Source: Laetmonice hystrix (Eukaryota). Taken from it: 64,000 bases of DNA. Position numbers and translations under genes: made by a program. This document shows positions 12,927 to 24,800 of this stretch, one piece after another; positions within the stretch are counted from its first letter, which is position 1, and the number at the start of each line of letters is the position of its first letter. The stretch lies in assembly GCA_965235115.1 (NCBI GenBank), contig OZ249436.1, forward strand, positions 8,620,001 through 8,684,000, given 5' to 3'. Under the pieces are notes generated by a model that was not told where the DNA came from, ran no database searches, and saw only the letters and a program-made list of their open reading frames with translations.

Positions 12927-13886
12927 TGAACCAGTTGAGGCCGATATCAGACGATTGGGCCTTATAAGTTTGGCAGGTTTATACAGACGTTTTTGTTAAT
13001 TTTCATAGACAGAGGATGTCATTGGGATTGACCCAATATTTTGTTAATTTTCATAGACAGAGGACGTCATTGGGATTGACCCAATATTTTGTTAATTTTC
13101 ATAGACAGAGGACGTCATTGGGATTGACCCAATATTTTGTTAATTTTCATAGACAGAGGATGTCATTGGGATTGACCCAATATTCTCCCAATAGTTCTCG
13201 ATGCAACATGCAGTCTCCTCCCCTAATGAGCCCACCTATAGACTCTTCCTGAGGATGAACAACAAATTTAGATGCAAGTGTAGGCCTACATGTCATAATC
13301 GTTGTCCTCGTATGGTGCGAGTTTGTTGCCCTCCATCTTAGCAAAGGAGTAGATGAGATGAGTGCAGAGGTGGGGATCGATACTTTCAGCCGTGTAATTC
13401 ATAGGCGCCGGGCGATACTGGGCCCAGTTGGTGTAATAACAAACAACATAGTACCCTGTCGAACACAGCACCAATGGGATTATTTCAACATAGTACCTAT
13501 ATTTATTATTTTCCAAATCGTATGATTCTATAGAGAAATGATACCAATAAATAGTCGATGTAATTTCAGATGCAAGTTATTGTAGGCCGATACGAGGGGC
13601 GGATCTAGGAATTATTAAAACCTTAAATTTAGCAAGTCAGCTTGTGGCCTACCCCGGGAACATGAATTATTGAAGGTTGCAATGCCAGTATTACTAAAAC
13701 ATTTTGTTCATACACAACCCTCCGAGGTATTTATTGATATTTATTACAAACTCGATTTTATTTTCGGGAGTATAGGGTTATTTATCGATATACCCATTTA
13801 CTATAGATTAAAGATTGGTATTACATACCTTCGCAGGTAGCCAAAGTGACCGTGGCTACGACGAGTAAAAGCAGTCCTCTTTCCAT
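8785..13886 (-). CDS. GH18 chitinase (chitotriosidase/AMCase-like): signal peptide, catalytic domain, Thr/Pro linker and C-terminal CBM14-like domain; about 493 aa, 10 coding exons
   Basis: Exons 13886-13829, 13455-13290, 12732-12480, 11939-11836, 11021-10898, 10559-10377, 10038-9898, 9675-9545, 9281-9145 and 8969-8785 join in frame (1482 nt). Motifs: [29 protein letters not shown], catalytic [57 protein letters not shown] on the minus strand at 8769-8774. Confidence 0.95.
10194..10300. mobile_element. Palindromic MITE remnant in a chitinase intron
   Basis: CGGGGAAAGGCCGCGACGTCA..AATGAGCGATAA pairs with TTATCGCTCATT..TGACGTCACGGCCATTCCCCG. Confidence 0.55.
11137..11233. mobile_element. 97-bp MITE with a 10-bp TSD
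   Basis: TIR CAATCTAATTAAAATTAG / CTAATTTTAATTAGATTG, flanked by the direct repeat GGTCCACTGG at 11127-11136 and 11234-11243. Confidence 0.85.
11314..11790. mobile_element. Non-autonomous DNA transposon with a 9-bp TSD (Mutator-like)
   Basis: TIR TAGCCTGGTCCCCGGT / ACCGGGGACCAGGCTA; TSD CCCCAATAC / CCCCAACAC. A second, inverted partial copy lies at about 16475-16807. Confidence 0.85.
12872..12921. repeat. (CT)n microsatellite
   Basis: About 25 CT units in a chitinase intron. Confidence 0.95.
12990..13184. repeat. 48-bp tandem repeat, about 4 copies, in a chitinase intron
   Basis: Unit TTTTGTTAATTTTCATAGACAGAGGAYGTCATTGGGATTGACCCAATA. Confidence 0.9.
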
Positions 13887-15815
13887 GTTGATGCTGTATA
13901 AAGATACGTAAATTCGGTATTTAATTAAACAATTAAACAAAATAGAGCATCGCCAATTTGCTTAATCCAAAAAGAGGCGAACCCTTACCTCCTACTTTTC
14001 TTTGTTCTCTCTGTCCTCTCTCTGTATGGACCGACAGCTCGGCTGTTCCTCTGACTGCTCGTCATGCGGTTAAATGCAGCCACCGTGTGAATGAACCGAT
14101 GTTCATGTCATGCAGAGTAGAGTCGGAAAAAAATATCCACAATTTCTATACACCTATCTATAGACTAAGTGGTGCACGATCTCTGCACCTGTTATAGGTC
14201 TCACTATTATTCGTGCTTTCCTTAGGCATTGGTACCGTCCCAGCTGGATCAATCCTGCCTCTGTCTTTACTACGAAATGAACATTGTCAAAACAATGTTC
14301 ACTCCAACTTTTAGTAAACAGGCCGCTGGGTTATAGTTGATGGTGGAATATATTCCTATACCGTTTTAATATATCGATTGTATTCCCCGTGTCAACGTAT
14401 AAAATGATAAACAACTAATCAATAAGTACGAATTCATGTTAACTACACAAAGTCAAAATTGTGACTTTTCTTAAAGGGACATGTACACATGGTAAAGAGC
14501 CATGTACACTGGTCCGCATGCATGCCCGGACGTTTTGGGCGTTAAATATCTGCATGTTGTCGGTAACGTGTTTACACGTATAGACAGCACTGGTAACTGA
14601 GTACAAACCAATATGAAAATCGATAACTGTGCGTCCTTTAGTACCCTTGAGACGTCTTCCTGTCGCACCCTTTTAAGATAACAGTCTTATCTGAGTGATC
14701 TTTTGTCGTCTAAACTATACGTTAAATCTCAACCTCGACATCTCATCTTCACTCAGGGCCGAGGACACCGAATGGGCATCATAGCTGCAGTAAGTTCTAG
14801 AAACATTGCATGATATTTGTGATATTTTGCCCTTGGTTTTATACATTCAAGGTCTATATGCCAACTTCCAGGGTTCTCACTATAAATTCCACTGTATTTG
14901 TTTTTCATAATCAAATTCTACATTCTGTTGGGTTGACGGTTGTATATCGCTGTAGGACTTATTCACGTTCACGAAATAGAACCATGCATACAAAGGGCCG
15001 CTTATAGGCCCTGCATCCACAGATATAAAATTGCTCTGTCTCTGATTTTATTTACAGGTCTACAATATGCATATAGCATACGTACGCATATATCTCCATA
15101 TCGTGAGGCGTAGAGGCGCTTGAATTTCACCTAAAAATGGCCAGGGGTCAGATCGAGGTTCTAAGAAACATTTGGTAGGTCTATTTCTTTCAAGGGGATT
15201 GCCTGTCAAAAATTCCGTTCTCCAAAATATATCAGGATTTGCCACCCCCCATAGCTGTAGGCCTATATTTTGGTCAGGAACGGCCCCATCAGACCTTACA
15301 AAATTAATAGGGTCTGTTTATATCTTTGTAATGGCTCGGTTTCGAAATGATATAGAAGACAAATATTAGCTCAATGTCACGTGATTAAGGAGGCGTTTAC
15401 ATAGACAAAAAATAGCATGCCTCTCTGTATTCTTAGTGCATATCGCAATATAACCTCCGAGGCGAGTTTTGTTTGTGGTTTGCACAGTGAACCTAGGCCA
15501 ATACGCCTCTTTTGCTGACCCGTATGGACCCTCCACTGTCATTAATATAAAGGTCGGGTTCCTGTTTGGGCCTACAGATACTGTCGAATGTTGTCCAAGT
15601 GACACATGCACGTCAATCCGCTCTGCTGAGCAATAGGCCTTCAGGATACCCACGTCGGCCTTGGTGACCTCTGTATTAATTTTGTCGGCCTATATACTCG
15701 CCATTTTATCACAGGCCGACCACGTCCAATTTACCAACTAGACTCTAGTAATTTTACGACGCTCTGACAATATTGTGTCGGCAGATTTGGAGTCACAAGT
15801 CTGTCTCCATCGAAA

Positions 15816-18800
15816 ATGAAGACCTCTTCCGCACAGACCATCGCCTGGGAAGGTTGCCTCGAATACCGGAAGCAGCCTCTTGCGTCAATTATTGCCAAGA
15901 CAGGCATCCCACTCAAAGGTCATCTGTGAGTTCAGAGTTTACAATAATTGTAATAGTGTGATTTCTCAGCCATTCTAGACGACTTGTTTCCATGTCACCA
16001 TTAGTTTTTCAGTCACATTTTATCTTTGGCATAAAGTCCAACGCCCCCCCCCCACCCCCATTATAAAGATTGTCTCAATGGGCCTATCTTTTTCAGGCCA
16101 ACTGATCTTCAGGTGCATCAAAAAATCAATTTTGAGAAGTTTGCAGAGCAAGTGCTGCCATCATCCCTGCGGTGCAAGAGCTCACGTCTGTCCCATTCCA
16201 AAATATGTAAGTTGCGAATGTGTATTCTATATAAGTAGGACTTCAAGCATAGAAAGATCGAGGGCCTACCGCCATACTCTTTGCAGTGTACAAGTTACGA
16301 TAAGCAACGACATGATATAACAACTTCCTCTATCATCTGGGTCATGTAGAATTCTAAAGTTTGATCCCACGGCTGTGGTTAGGGCATGGACACAATTTTC
16401 GTAAAGGGCTCCTGGGGGAAGAGTTAGGCCTGTAAAAACATCATTGCTCCTCCGACTGGTCATTGATTAAACTCCAAGCACTTCCGCTTCCGTTCCGTTG
16501 GTCAGCGTTAACATAGTGACCGACCTCTGCTTGGAGTGTGGCCGGGAGTGGCCAACATGCCCATGCGTATGCAGACCGTAGCAGGTGTGGGGACCGATGA
16601 CGCTATGTTTACATCCAGAAAAGCGAGGACATTTAACAGATGTAGATCTAGGCCTATTTTAAAGGGATTGCCGAAAATATCTGTATCTTGTTGGAGAAAT
16701 ACGGAGGGTGATTGGCCCATGTTTTCGATGGGCCAATCACAATGCTCGCATCGATTAGCCTTCACCAGGCTGTATATGTAGTCAATAAAGACCTGGGGTC
16801 CAGGCTAGTTACAGGTGAAGTGACGAGCCATGACGTCAGCGTGAAATCTGCCATACGACTGGTAAATCAATATCAGTTGATTTTACGCTTTAATTTTTTA
16901 GTTCATTTAGACTACAGGTGACATTCAGTGTTTGTTTTACTTTTGCTAACTGGTGAAATAAACATTTTTTTTTTACAAAATGACGATTATTTTTGTGGCT
17001 AATTAGGCCTAAACATGGATCTGGCTAATAAAAACTGTTCAATTAGCCACAGTGGCTAATGATTTTTGAAATCCTAGCGAGATCCCTGTAATGCCCTCCC
17101 ATTTCATTCGTTACACATGCATGACTGTCGATTTTTTGCCGAACAGATAGTGATATTTGCATGACGACGTTATCGCCGTTATGCTATATGGGTCAACACT
17201 ATCAGTGTATGAGTCATGCAGCCTGTCAGGACTGAACCGGAGACAACATGATAGGCCTGGACCTAAGTAGGCCTACTCAAACATGGGCAGACTGAAGAGA
17301 CATCAACGTTCAGTTTGAAATAACATCCTTAAGCTGCGTGTCCACAGGTCCGGATGCGGACACGGTTACGGATACGGATTTTTAAAAACACATTACAAAT
17401 ATAGGGACTGTGTCGGATCGGTCGCCGTGTCTGGAATGTGTTTTTAAAAATCCGTATCCGTATCCGTGTCCGCATTCGGACCTGTGGACACGCAGCTTAA
17501 CTTAATCTTTTTGGGGGTCAGTTTTGACTTTTATTCAGAAATAACATTATACAGAGCCCTGTTGGGAACATAAAGGAAAAACTTCGTTTCAGAGAAACAT
17601 TTTTGTCGTGATCTCGTAATTACCACTTAGTGACGTCATTAACTAGTTATTACGACTTAATGACATCACTAAGTCGTTATTACGAGTTAATGGCGTTCGT
17701 TTCAGAGAAAAAATGTTGTGACGTCACTAAGTCGTTATTACGACCTAATGATAACGACTTTGTGACTTCTTTAACTCGTTATTACCATTTAATGACGTCA
17801 CTAAGTCGTTATTACGAGATCACCACAAGATGTTTTCTCTGAAACGAACGCGATTAACTCCAATTTGTGAAGTCCCCCCCCCATTTTTTCTTGATCTTGT
17901 TGTCGCAAGGTGCACCCTAGAATGTCTTTTATGCTTGTCTAAGGGTGCACCCCCTCAATTGACAATATTTCGACATAGGCCTAATATTATTTTTTATCAG
18001 AGTGAGCCTACCTTGAAGGTAATGGTTTTAGGGCTCACAATCATATCCTCATGGCAGAGCACATGTTAATTCCGGAGACTATCCGATCAAATATACCATA
18101 GGAGGAAACTTTAGAAAGTAAATGAAAATTTATCGAATTTCCTTGTGATATAGAGCACTGCCATCCAACATTTTACATGTAGTCCTCTTCGATCCCAAGT
18201 ACAGGAAAACTGTGCAAATATATGATCCATACTCTGCCTACAGTTACGGAGGGTGTCACAGGTTATCAAATATGTTGTCTGGAACCAAAAGAGAAAGTAA
18301 CCAAATGGCAACGCTTCACAGACTTCCTTCAACGGGATCATTCGGTACGTTGGTTATATTCTAATGTATATCTAAGATGTCTCCGGTAGCACCATGCTTA
18401 ATACATGCTTATTTAAGTATGGCATTATACACCATCTCAATGTATTCATTCCCTTGCCGTGTACATAGGAGACCAATATCTTAAAGGGTCACCGTCTGTT
18501 TACGAGCGCTAAGTATTACTTGTATTGTTATAGTTTTGTCCCTCTCCATCCCGTACACCACAGGTTGGAGTGGCTAGCATCGAAGGAAAAGCCCTGGATG
18601 AAACAGATAGTTGCCTCTTTATCGTTCCAACATTATTCATGAAGGAATACTATGGTAAAATATGTTTGTATTTTCGCTTCTAAATAAGGCCGGTCTGGCA
18701 CAAAGGGAAGACTTCGAGTAACAAATTCTCTATCATAAGCCTATATAACGTAAATGTAAAGGTATAGTAACTATGAGGGTCCATCAGTATCGTAGTGTTG

Positions 18801-21800
18801 AGTGAGTTATAACAGACAGACTTTTCTAGATAATGCAGGTTTCGATCCAACGGTCTCAGCACTGGGGCTTGTTTCATGGCGGATCATACCTACCCAAAGT
18901 CAGAGTATCACTCAGGGACCCAGGTAGGTCTCACCTCATGCTATCAACTCTCTTTCCTGGCAAAAGAACAATGTTGATAGGATTGCAATAGCTAGGTTTA
19001 CTCGGCACTTACATTAGGATCTAGTCCAATATTGTTTTATTTCAGCAACTCGGAAAACTCGCAATTGGACGCTATTCGTGGTGAGGACAACAGACGCGCC
19101 TCGTCGGAGACGCCAGTCGTTCGGCAGAGTGCTCCGGGGACCATTGTCAGTGGCGACGTCGTCAGTCAGGCAGCCTCCAATCATAAGCTAAAGCCGGTGG
19201 CTCGGAGCAGACGACGTCGTGATTGCCTACATCTGGACGGGACAAACGATCGCATCCTGTCGAGTGGGTCTCTTGCTGATGCGACTGTCTTGAAAGATTC
19301 GCACGCTCGAAATAAGGCGCGAATCGCGACACAAATGGCGTCAAGCAAAAAACCACTTCATGTTGGTGGTCTGCCCGCTGACAGGAAACGACAAAGGCCG
19401 TCTGATATATCTGGTGTGGCTGCGGAATCGGCGAATGTCAAAGAAGCAGGTGGGAGTGACCCATCCAAGGTCACATCCCGGTCGAGTCTCTTGTCCAAAC
19501 GTCCAAAATCATCTGTTCCACCTACAAAACTGAAGCGGGACACCCAAAACGAAGTTAAACGAAGCGGTTACACAAGATCCACCTCAAGGGAAGTGCATTC
19601 AGCGTATTTAACAGGCAAACAACATCATAATGGAAAAACAGACCAAATGAAAGGTGATGATCATAATGTGCCAGTGAAGGGAGATCCAAAGTCTGACAGC
19701 CAATGTAAAACTCGTCTCATTCATAATTGCCCTTCTAGGCAACGTGAGAAACAAGGAGGGAATGACAGGGTAGGGATGGCCCGCAAGATCCCAAACGCAC
19801 TGGCGTTACCAAGTCAACAGGACGGAAAACTTCCGCCAAATGCTTCAAATTCAGGTAATCCAAATACTCCCCCTACACCTGAGATACCAAAGCTAATGCC
19901 CGAGGGGTGTGCCCCTGATTTCCTAATATCGCAATCTGATTATAATATGATAGAAATGCCCAAACTTGAGCCTGAAGGAAAGATGCCTGTTACAGAAGAA
20001 AGAAAACCCTCTGACCCTCGTTTAAAAAGTAGACGTTTCAGTTGGAAGGAAAGTGATGTGAGCAAAACTATCCATCCTGAATCAAGTACCCTGTCACCAA
20101 AAGAACTCGCCAATGATATCAGCCATGCTAAGAACGGATCTGAAAATGGTCTAGCTGTAAAAAGACCCCTGCCTAATTATGACACACCTAGGCTGGAAAC
20201 TGTAACGAGGAAGAGGTTGTCTTATGATGAATATATAGCTGAGAAAAAGCGCAAGATAGATGACCAAAAGTCTGAGACGGTAGCAACAGGAAATAAGGGT
20301 CACAGTGACACGTCAGGAAATAAGGGTCACAGTGACACGTCAGGAAATAAGGGTCACAGTGACACGTCAGGAAATAAGGGACACAGTGACACGTCAGGAA
20401 ATAAGGGTCACAGTGACACGTCAGGAAATAAGGGTCACAGTGACACGTCAGGAAATAAGGGACACAGTGACACGTCAGGAAATAAGGGTCACAGTGACAC
20501 GTCCGAAGATAATCTTTGCGAGCAAGGTTGTAAGCGTCAAGACCCCACACATACCAAGGAAACCAAGACAATAGTTTCAGCGTTAGAACAGAGTATTGAC
20601 GAACCACACAAAAAAGAGGGAGTGCTACTTCAAGAGAGCATTAACATAGAAGAACGTGTTATTATGACACGAGATGTATGTATTCAGGTTTGTGATGGCC
20701 AAGGTAAAGCTGATAACATGGAACTGGATCGAATGGCATTGAGGCAGTCGATCATGAGCGCCTTGTCTGCTGTCATAACCAGCATAAAAGGAAATATGAC
20801 GGCACTTACCAAGACCACTGCCATTTTAACTTTGGAAAAAATCATTGACGCTGTTGGAAAATCCACCCTTTTTGGAACTGAGAAATTGCCCGGTTTTGAC
20901 CCCGCCGACCAGCATTTCAGCTGTACTGTCCACCAAAGATCTGTTCCCATAGACAAGAAGAGGGTTCAGGCAAGTTTCGTTGGTCACCACCAGGATGAAC
21001 CACACGCAGGTAGAGGATCGACAAGTGCCTTCCCTGCGTTTTATGCGCGCAATGAATTTCAGATGGCGCCGGGGAAAAATGAACCAAAAAACGCTCTAAA
21101 ATTTCGGCTGGTTGGTTATGATCCTTACGGTTGTCCTTTGATATTGCCGGATGAACGGCCTTCTAACATAGATCGAACTGAATGGCCAGGCATATCATCA
21201 GTCCCTGCTTCTAAAGAGACAGAACAAACAAAACCAGCCAAAGAACCCCCTGAACTCACTAAAGAGGCTGCCCATATACAACCATCCGATGCAAATGACA
21301 GCTGCACCCCCCAGGGAAACACGGTTGAAACCCAAACCCCTGACACACCCGGCGGCATGGAAACAGGACCTGAAACCAGGGAGAAAACCACGTTGTCGAC
21401 AGCAACCACCAAAACAGAAGCCACGGAAACGGACCCGGTCAAAGCTGGAGCTGGCGTTAGTGATCAATTAGCTTCGACAGACGTAAAGGATAAAGTAAAA
21501 CCGGATCCAGAACAATCAGATGATACCAAAGATAACAAATGTGTGACTATAACAGAAAAGCGAACCACTGCAATACCCAGGAAATTAACCTTACCTGCCA
21601 ACAGAGAATCGACGGGCCATGCAGACGCATCCTCCGGGCAAAGATCAGAACACGTACTTTTATTATCAGAAGAGGAAAAAGGGCAAGAGGATGTCGTGAA
21701 CCTCGTAAAACGCAGCATGCACACAGACGGCTTGCATGATCGGAGAGTCATCAAGGTAGAACCTTTTACAAGACACGATCTTCAGGTACAGAGGGGACTT

Positions 21801-24800
21801 AGTGTACAAGTGCCACTCTCAAGACAGCAATGGAGACAGAATATTAATTTAAATACTGGATTACGACCAGATCAACAAAGACAAATCAATTTTTATGATG
21901 ACGACGTTAGGAGGACACCAGACTGGGGGCAGCCTCATGGCAACGGTCCACTTTTCGATCGAAGCCATTCTCAACATAATCTAAGAGACTTTGAAAGGAT
22001 GGAAATTGATTATGACTGGATAGACTCAGATGATAATGAAAACGATTATGCCACTTGCATTGGTGACAGACCAACCGAACGAAAAACAGACTGGCTGTCT
22101 CAGAACCACATGGATGAAGATTACGATAGGATTTCGGGTCAACAGCTGGACTATTTATGTGTTTCTGAACATATGACAACAACTGAAGATTGGAAATCGG
22201 ACAAGATCGACGACTGGCAATGTTTTGACAAACAATTGAATCTCATTTATCATCTGTGTGAAAGGTGGGTGGCCGTGCCCAACCTTTCTGAAATTCGAGC
22301 AACTATCAGCGGGAGAAGTGAAGATTTGCAGCAAAAACTCAGCAAATTCGAACAAGCCTTAACACATCACCATGAACGGTCCTGTATCACCATGATTTGG
22401 GACAATAGGACAGTGCTAGTTTCTACTGCTTTAAGAAAACGGCAACAACTGAAGTTGGCTTGTGAGCTTTGTGAGTACTTCAAGTTTGTGTCTGCTTTCC
22501 ACTTAACGAAAAGGAACATAGAACAGCTAGAACAAAGTTCAGGTCTCTTCAAAAATGATAAGCTGGCGTTCTTTCTGCGGGAACTGACAAGGATCTCAAA
22601 CTATCTGGATCTAACACATTCTCGATTTCGAGAATTCGTACACATGGAGAGAACGACAACTTTATTTAAAGGGGCGCCTGCAAACTTACTCTATGATGCC
22701 TACTTCCAATCTGAAAGTCTGGTCAAAGATGTAAGAAATACTATCTTGGAAGCAGAGAAGAAGAAGTCAGGACCTCGTCGAAAGGGAAGGAAGGGTCACA
22801 AGCGGAAAGGTCAAAAACCGCGAGTCCAGCCTTCAGTCTGGACTAACTCCATCACAAATGTATCAGTTGATAATGGTTTCAACGGCACAAGACAGATTCA
22901 AAATACACAACTGAGTCAATCACATGGACCGACTCAGTGTAGAAATAAACATTACAATCAACTAGATCTACACGCTGACCAATGCGGTAGTAGCCGTGAA
23001 CGTCCCTTCTCTGGTCTCCAACAGTTGTCTCTGAGATCCATTTGCGAATCTACCAGCTGCAAAAACACCCAGAAATCAACTGATATACAAAACGAACGCT
23101 GCTCATGGAAAGATGTCAAGACTGAAGACACGCCGCATCACTCGGACCGTTTGAGTCGACGAACGTCTCAGAACAGGGAGGATCTAAATAACGATCCCAA
23201 CTCGGGCGTGGCGGTTCGTGGTGGCACCCATTCGGAGCATTATCGGTCCTCCTCAAGGTCTTCATCTGAAAGTAACAAGGAGAAACCAAAAGGAAGTGAG
23301 ATTAGGAAGCGATCTCCTAGGACAGCAGCCTCCTCTGACAAGAATGAGGCTAGAAAAAAACAAAGAGTGAGCCCTCAGGAGAAGCAGCCGGCTCGCCGGG
23401 ACTGCAACAAAGTGAAACCGGGCATGGGGAAAAGAAAAGATTGTGACGACTCCACGGTGAAGAAGTGTAAGGAACCTGCTGCCACTTCAAAGGATGGTCG
23501 TTTGGGGATAGCGTCCACAAGTCGACCACTTTCATCGTCTCCCTCGTCCATCAAACAGGTTCCATCCAAAGAGAAAGATATGAATACGGCCTCTACAACA
23601 CTGACACATCTGAATGGAGAACATGTGAAAGACGTGGACTCCAGTTGTGCCCGGGGGGAAACGTCCCACGATTCAAGTCATTCTGTTCTGTGTGTGGTAA
23701 AGCAGAAAGAAGTCATGAATTCACTTGAAGACCCTGCATCACCTCCAAATGCGCAAAATGTAAGTATTCCTCTTTATCTAGAGGAAATATTCAATGCATG
23801 TTACCCAGTAATTTGGCCACTTTCAAATTCATTTCTGTTATCTTGCACGGAATAAGCTGGGGGCACGCTTAATTCTCACACCAACCTTACAATCCTCTTT
23901 GTATTAATCAATTTCATTGGAATGTACTGCCAAATTGGTGACGGTATTTCTTAAATATAGTTCTTGAAATCTTGCTCTGAATATCATGTAAACACGAGAC
24001 CCGTTTATTCATAATTTTCCGTGTGTAAACGACTTGTACGTACATTGGATATGATACTGCACTTTCCTCTAGATCTACCAGTGAAACCTTCAGACTCTAT
24101 ATGACCCTGGCTGCTGCTGAGATTTAACCCCCAAATTCCATTCGCAGAAAACAGAGGAAGCCCGTGAAAGCCAGACGGAAAAAATGAAGTCGTTGGTACC
24201 AAATGAACAGAATAGGGAGTCACTATATGCAGGCTCACTTAATAGCGAGTCGACTGAGAAAAGCAGACAATGCACGTATAGTGATCCTAGTATGCAAGAC
24301 AGATCGTCGAGCATCGAACCGATAGAAGAAAACGAAAAGAACAAGCCGGTCGGCAAGTCCCAAAACGATAACACAAAAGGTGACAAAGCGGATGACTCAA
24401 ACGCAAAGCCACAACTGAAGTTACAGTGCGATGGCATAATTGTAGGCCCCTCACGAAGGGCCACACCGCCATACAACCAAGAGACCAACAGGGCTGCAAA
24501 CGTTGACTGTATTTATCCTGGAAACGACAAGACTACGCTCCCACTTCTCGTACACAAAGATTACCTGCAAATAAGTGATTCCGATGAGGAAGTGACAACT
24601 GTAACACGGAACAGTGAGAAGGTTGATCAGTCTGCTGTCAAGGAACAAAGTAAAATCACCAAAGAAACATCTCGCGTCGCTAACTCTCCACAGGCGGCGA
24701 ATTTAAAATCCGGTACAGCACAACAGCAAAATGCGGTATCGACCAAAGTTGATATGTTTGCCTTTGAGGAATCTACTCCTCGACCTACACGTTCATCACC

